From Candidatus Kapaibacterium sp. (GTDB lineage Bacteria; Bacteroidota; Ignavibacteria; Kapaibacteriales; UBA4661), in the NCBI GenBank assembly GCA_025055035.1, contig JANWZB010000003.1:641-64640 (forward strand): a DNA stretch of 64,000 bases, read 5' to 3'. Both the position numbers and the translations under genes were made by a program. Below, one piece after another: positions 60,423 through 64,000 of this stretch. Each line of letters opens with the position of its first letter. Positions within the stretch are counted from its first letter, which is position 1. The notes under the pieces were generated by a model. It was not told the DNA's origin. It searched no databases and saw nothing but the letters and a program-made list of their open reading frames with translations.

Positions 60423-61286
60423 TTATGTGTAGCTATAGAACCCCCGCCCTGATTTTCTTCCTAAGTACCCAGCTGCCACCATCTTTTTGAGCAGAGGACA
60501 TGGACGATACTTTGGGTCTCCAAGCCCTTCGTGTAAAACGTTCATGATTGCCAAGCAGGTGTCCAAACCAATAAAGTCAGCCAATGTAAGGGGTCCCATA
60601 GGATGATTCATACCCAGTTTCATCACTGTATCAATATCTTCCACACTTGCCACATTTTCCATGACGCAGTACACTGCTTCATTAATCATTGGCATGAGAA
60701 TGCGATTCGATATAAAACCGGGATAGTCCTGCACTTCTACGGGAGTCTTGCCAAGCCTCAGTGCAAGTTCTCGCGTTATCGTATATACCTCATCAGTCGT
60801 TGCAAGACCACGAATAATCTCACACAATTTCATCACTGGTACAGGATTAAAAAAGTGCATTCCAATAACTTTATCGGGACGCGCTGTGCTAGTAGCTATT
60901 TCTGTGATGGAAATTGATGAGGTGTTTGTGGCAAGGATGACTTCTGGCGGGCAGTGCTCATCTATAGTACGAAACAACTGTTGTTTGAGCTGCATGCTTT
61001 CTATTGCAGCTTCGACTACAAAATGTGCCGTACTACACACCTCTTCAAGACACGTCGAAATGCTAATACGTGCTAGCGTTGCATTCTTCTCGTCTTCTTT
61101 CACAACACCTTTTTTCACCTGACGGTCAAGATTGGCTGCAATCGTTGAAATAGCACGTTCAAGAATCTCCGTGTTCACATCTACAATTGTTGTTCGAAAT
61201 CCATACTGTGCAAACGTGTGCGCTATGCCATTGCCCATAGTGCCCGCACCAACAACAAGTACATTCTGAATAGCTTCAATTGTCAT
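60423..61286 (-). CDS. hbd: 3-hydroxybutyryl-CoA dehydrogenase
   Basis: [59 protein letters not shown]. Confidence 0.95.
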   Translation of the reverse strand: MTIEAIQNVLVVGAGTMGNGIAHTFAQYGFRTTIVDVNTEILERAISTIAANLDRQVKKGVVKEDEKNATLARISISTCLEEVCSTAHFVVEAAIESMQLKQQLFRTIDEHCPPEVILATNTSSISITEIATSTARPDKVIGMHFFNPVPVMKLCEIIRGLATTDEVYTITRELALRLGKTPVEVQDYPGFISNRILMPMINEAVYCVMENVASVEDIDTVMKLGMNHPMGPLTLADFIGLDTCLAIMNVLHEGLGDPKYRPCPLLKKMVAAGYLGRKSGRGFYSYT

Positions 61287-61381
61287 AACGTGCAACATGA
61301 TACAGTGAGTGAATATGTGAAAGGGTGGATTGCCTGAAACATGGTCATTTCTCGTCACTGACAGCATCACATGCGCAAGAT

Positions 61382-62155
61382 TCAACTAAATAATGATCTT
61401 TGCTTGCTACTAGCACACGCTGCCGATGCTGCAAGTTCGCTCAATGCGATGGGTTCTATCATGGAAGCATCATCAGCATTGATTGCATTCACACGTGTTG
61501 ACACAGGGTACATCTCGAATACTTCAGACGGTAATGGTTTCAGTAAATTTCTCAAGCTCTCGAGAGATTCATGCTGATGAAGCCATACATCTTCGCCTTC
61601 TGGGGTTAGTACAACAGCCATGCGATGATGAACCGTAGCAATGAGCTCATTTGGCTGAGTTGTGATGATGGTACATGTTGTTACTACATCGCCTGTTGCA
61701 GGGTTGTTCCACTCTTCCCACAATCCTGCCATACCAAAGAGACCACCACCCTTTAATTGCACATATATTGGCTGTTTTTTTGGTGGTGGATGTGATAACA
61801 ATGTACTAGTATGATCAGATAGATTCTTCCATTCATAGAAGCCATTAGCTACAACCAAACAACGGCGTTTGCGGAAGGCATCCTTGAACGACGGCTTTTC
61901 GTGCAGTGTTTCTGCGCGTGCATTAATAAGCTTATAAGCAAGAGATGCATCACGAGACCATGATGGAATAAGACCCCACCGCGCTATTTCGACAGTACGA
62001 CCATACTCTCTAGACGTAATAATTGGCACTTCCTGTGTAGGTGCAATATTATAGCGTGGCGTAGAAAGTTTTCTTTCTACCTCAGCTGACATCGTCGCAC
62101 GAAATCGCTGCTGCACGTCGGATGGCTTTGCAAACATTGTGTAGCGACCACACAT
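61382..62155 (-). CDS. SOS response-associated peptidase (SRAP/YedK/HMCES abasic-site protection protein)
   Basis: MCGRY start (catalytic Cys2), [31 protein letters not shown]. Confidence 0.94.
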   Translation of the reverse strand: MCGRYTMFAKPSDVQQRFRATMSAEVERKLSTPRYNIAPTQEVPIITSREYGRTVEIARWGLIPSWSRDASLAYKLINARAETLHEKPSFKDAFRKRRCLVVANGFYEWKNLSDHTSTLLSHPPPKKQPIYVQLKGGGLFGMAGLWEEWNNPATGDVVTTCTIITTQPNELIATVHHRMAVVLTPEGEDVWLHQHESLESLRNLLKPLPSEVFEMYPVSTRVNAINADDASMIEPIALSELAASAACASSKQRSLFS

Positions 62156-62230
62156 ACATGCTCTTAGACTCAAGCTTGTGAGAAAGTTCCGTGGTATTTT
62201 TGCATACCATGAAATTACAATCATCATCTG

Positions 62231-62238
62231 CAAATCTA
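62231..62238 (-). promoter_or_regulatory. -7 box TAGATTTG for SRAP
   Basis: TAnnTTTG about 75 nt upstream of the start. Confidence 0.45.
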
Positions 62239-62306
62239 GCGCTTTCGTTGAAGAAAATGAAAAAATTGCGTACTGCCATTAGGCATTTCTAACAATCTTG
62301 CAAGAA

Positions 62307-62337
62307 TTGGAAATCATTGTTACAATGTTTATATTTG
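62307..62337 (+). promoter_or_regulatory. Promoter TTG-N20-TATATTTG pointing toward lat
   Basis: Canonical spacing; about 450 nt upstream of the lat ATG. Confidence 0.55.
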
Positions 62338-62390
62338 CGGAGTACAACCACTACGTATTGCTCTTGCCACTTTGCACCAAAGTTTGATAC

Positions 62391-62487
62391 AATGAGGCTG
62401 CGTACACTAACATCTTCTTCTCTTGGCTCGCACCCTATGAAGGGAACTATCCGGGGAGGCTCATTCCTCAGCAGCCAGCGTGTACGC
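62391..62487 (+). ncRNA. Candidate structured RNA/leader of unknown family
   Basis: Nested stems GCGTACAC/GTGTACGC, TGGCT/AGCCA, CCCT-atga-AGGG, GAGG/CCTC just downstream of a promoter. Confidence 0.3.
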
Positions 62488-62790
62488 TCGTATTTTCTGC
62501 GCATTATTTCTCTTGCAAGCTGCATAAGTCCTACTGTGATTCTTGCCTCTTAAACCTCCAAATTAACAAGGTTCCTCTTGCTATCTTTCAACTGCTGAGC
62601 TAGTTTGGTTTGTGCACACCATAGACACATCCCGTCCTTTCTGCTTTCTCGACAGCACGTCCACAGGAGCGCTGCATAGCATAAACCTGTACACGGCCTG
62701 CTTACGATAACGGAAAATTTTTCGACAATCGTTACATACAACCAACAAGTTCACTATAATCTTGACAACTAGTTTCACTGGAGAACAGCT

Positions 62791-64000
62791 ATGGCAACAC
62801 CATCTGCTTCCGTCGCCACCCCTATGAGCAATGGGAACGGCACACATGCGAAAAAGATGCACCACTCATTGTTTTTACCAACAAACATTCCTGCACAGCA
62901 TGTTCACTCTACGCTTCGCCAGCATATGCTTGCAGACGGTTTCGATATGGTGCTCGATTTACATGGCAGCAAAGGCTCGTATATGATAGACGCTGCTACG
63001 GGTGAGCGTTTTCTGGATTTATTCACATGCTTTGCCTCTATGCCTATTGGCATGAATCACCCAAAACTTTCTGATCCAGAGTTTATCTACTATCTTGGCA
63101 TGGTAGCGCTGAATAAGCCTTCCAACTCCGATCTGTACACCGAAGAAATGGCAGCGTTTGTTGATACATTTTTTAAGCTCGCCGTACCTAAGCACTTTGC
63201 GTATAGCTTCTACGTTGAAGGTGGTGCTCTGGCAAACGAAAATGCTATGAAAGCAGCATTCGATTGGAAAGTGCAAAAGAACTTCAGCAAAGGCTACCGG
63301 TATGAGCGCGGTCACCGCGTTATGCACTTCCGCCAAGCATTTCATGGTCGGTCAGGTTACACTATGTCGCTCACGAATACCGATGAAAAGAAAGTGCGTT
63401 ACTTTCCAAAGTTTCAGGATTGGCCTCGTATTATCAATCCTGCTATGCGTTTTCCGCTCACACCAGAAAATCTAGAGCACACTATAGCTCTGGAGAAACA
63501 GGCTCTTGAAGAGATGAAGCAAGCATTCTTCGAAATGAAAGATGAGATCGCTGCGATTATCATTGAACCGATTCAGGGTGAAGGTGGTGATAATCATTTT
63601 CGTCCCGAGTTTCTGCAAACACTTCGTCAGCTTTGCGATGAAAACGACGCGCTGCTAATTTTCGACGAAGTGCAAACAGGTGTTGGCATTACAGGAACAT
63701 GGTGGGCACACGAACAGTTAGGTGTGCAACCAGATCTGATGACGTTTGGGAAAAAAATGCAAGTCTGTGGTGTCCTTGCCAGTAAGAGATTAGACGAAGT
63801 CCCCGATAATGTTTTTCACGTTCCTGGGCGCATCAACTCTACGTGGGGAGGCAATCTCGTCGATATGGTGCGAGCTGCTCGATATTTGCACATCATTCAC
63901 GAAGAAAATATGTTGCAGAATGCTAGGACAGTTGGTCAGTATTTAGTTTCCCAGATTACCACACTAGCGCAAGAATTTCCATCACTGATCAGCAATCCGC
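62791..64000 (+). CDS. lat: L-lysine 6-transaminase (partial, runs off window; absent from the ORF track)
   Basis: Manual translation: HMLADGFDMVLDL..SKGS, FLDLFTCFAS.PIGMNHP, NKPSNSD.Y, VEGGALANENA.KAAFDWK, AFHGRSGYT.SLT, EPIQGEGGD, DEVQTG, FGKK.Q, NSTWGG; GGAGA SD. Confidence 0.93.
   Translation, partial: MATPSASVATPMSNGNGTHAKKMHHSLFLPTNIPAQHVHSTLRQHMLADGFDMVLDLHGSKGSYMIDAATGERFLDLFTCFASMPIGMNHPKLSDPEFIYYLGMVALNKPSNSDLYTEEMAAFVDTFFKLAVPKHFAYSFYVEGGALANENAMKAAFDWKVQKNFSKGYRYERGHRVMHFRQAFHGRSGYTMSLTNTDEKKVRYFPKFQDWPRIINPAMRFPLTPENLEHTIALEKQALEEMKQAFFEMKDEIAAIIIEPIQGEGGDNHFRPEFLQTLRQLCDENDALLIFDEVQTGVGITGTWWAHEQLGVQPDLMTFGKKMQVCGVLASKRLDEVPDNVFHVPGRINSTWGGNLVDMVRAARYLHIIHEENMLQNARTVGQYLVSQITTLAQEFPSLISNP

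Noticed and set aside
62660..62720. AGGAGCGCTGCA resembles the SAH riboswitch core and the 3' end of the lysine riboswitch
   Set aside because: No CCAGGCTC or downstream GGCGCTC pseudoknot partner for SAH, and no AGAGGYGC 5' strand at a suitable distance for the lysine riboswitch
62289..62865. Short ORFs (63-94 aa) on both strands between SRAP and lat
   Set aside because: No family motifs or SD sites; they overlap promoters and the lat start
1..64000. tRNA, rRNA, IS, integrase, prophage or defence island
   Set aside because: No T-loop/cloverleaf, transposase, integrase or phage signatures seen by eye; tRNAscan-SE, Infernal and DefenseFinder would confirm

Overview
A gene-dense (~60 CDS) housekeeping region of a bacterial chromosome, about 45% GC by eye. 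Protein families (Bacteroidetes-type ArgG/ArgB/ArgE, AMP nucleosidase, UvrA2, Rrf2) and recurring TAnnTTTG promoter boxes point to the FCB group, probably a Kapabacteria/Ignavibacteria-like lineage; this placement is inferred. It contains cell-envelope genes (murG, murF, mlaE, SPOR, glycosyltransferases), arginine/leucine/histidine synthesis, a dispersed lysine-to-glutaryl-CoA catabolic set (lat, gcdH, crotonase, hbd), DNA repair (uvrA, recX, PolX/PHP, SRAP) and MoxR/DUF58/DUF4175. I found no rRNA, tRNA, CRISPR array, transposase or prophage. The best leads are: (1) an Rrf2-Usp-cytochrome c module with a twice-repeated operator, long hairpins and a downstream HExxH protein with a barrel-like C-terminus; (2) a promoter-driven structured element in the 450-nt lat leader; (3) a shared VATP..NG N-terminal extension on Lat and GcdH, with a PaaN-type dehydrogenase next to gcdH; (4) a split ATP-grasp/esterase system of unknown product; (5) a PolX lacking its catalytic aspartates; (6) the same 3' hairpin core about 20 nt after two unrelated genes. 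All calls are by motif recognition without database searches. Start codons were adjusted from the ORF track where a better start was evident.
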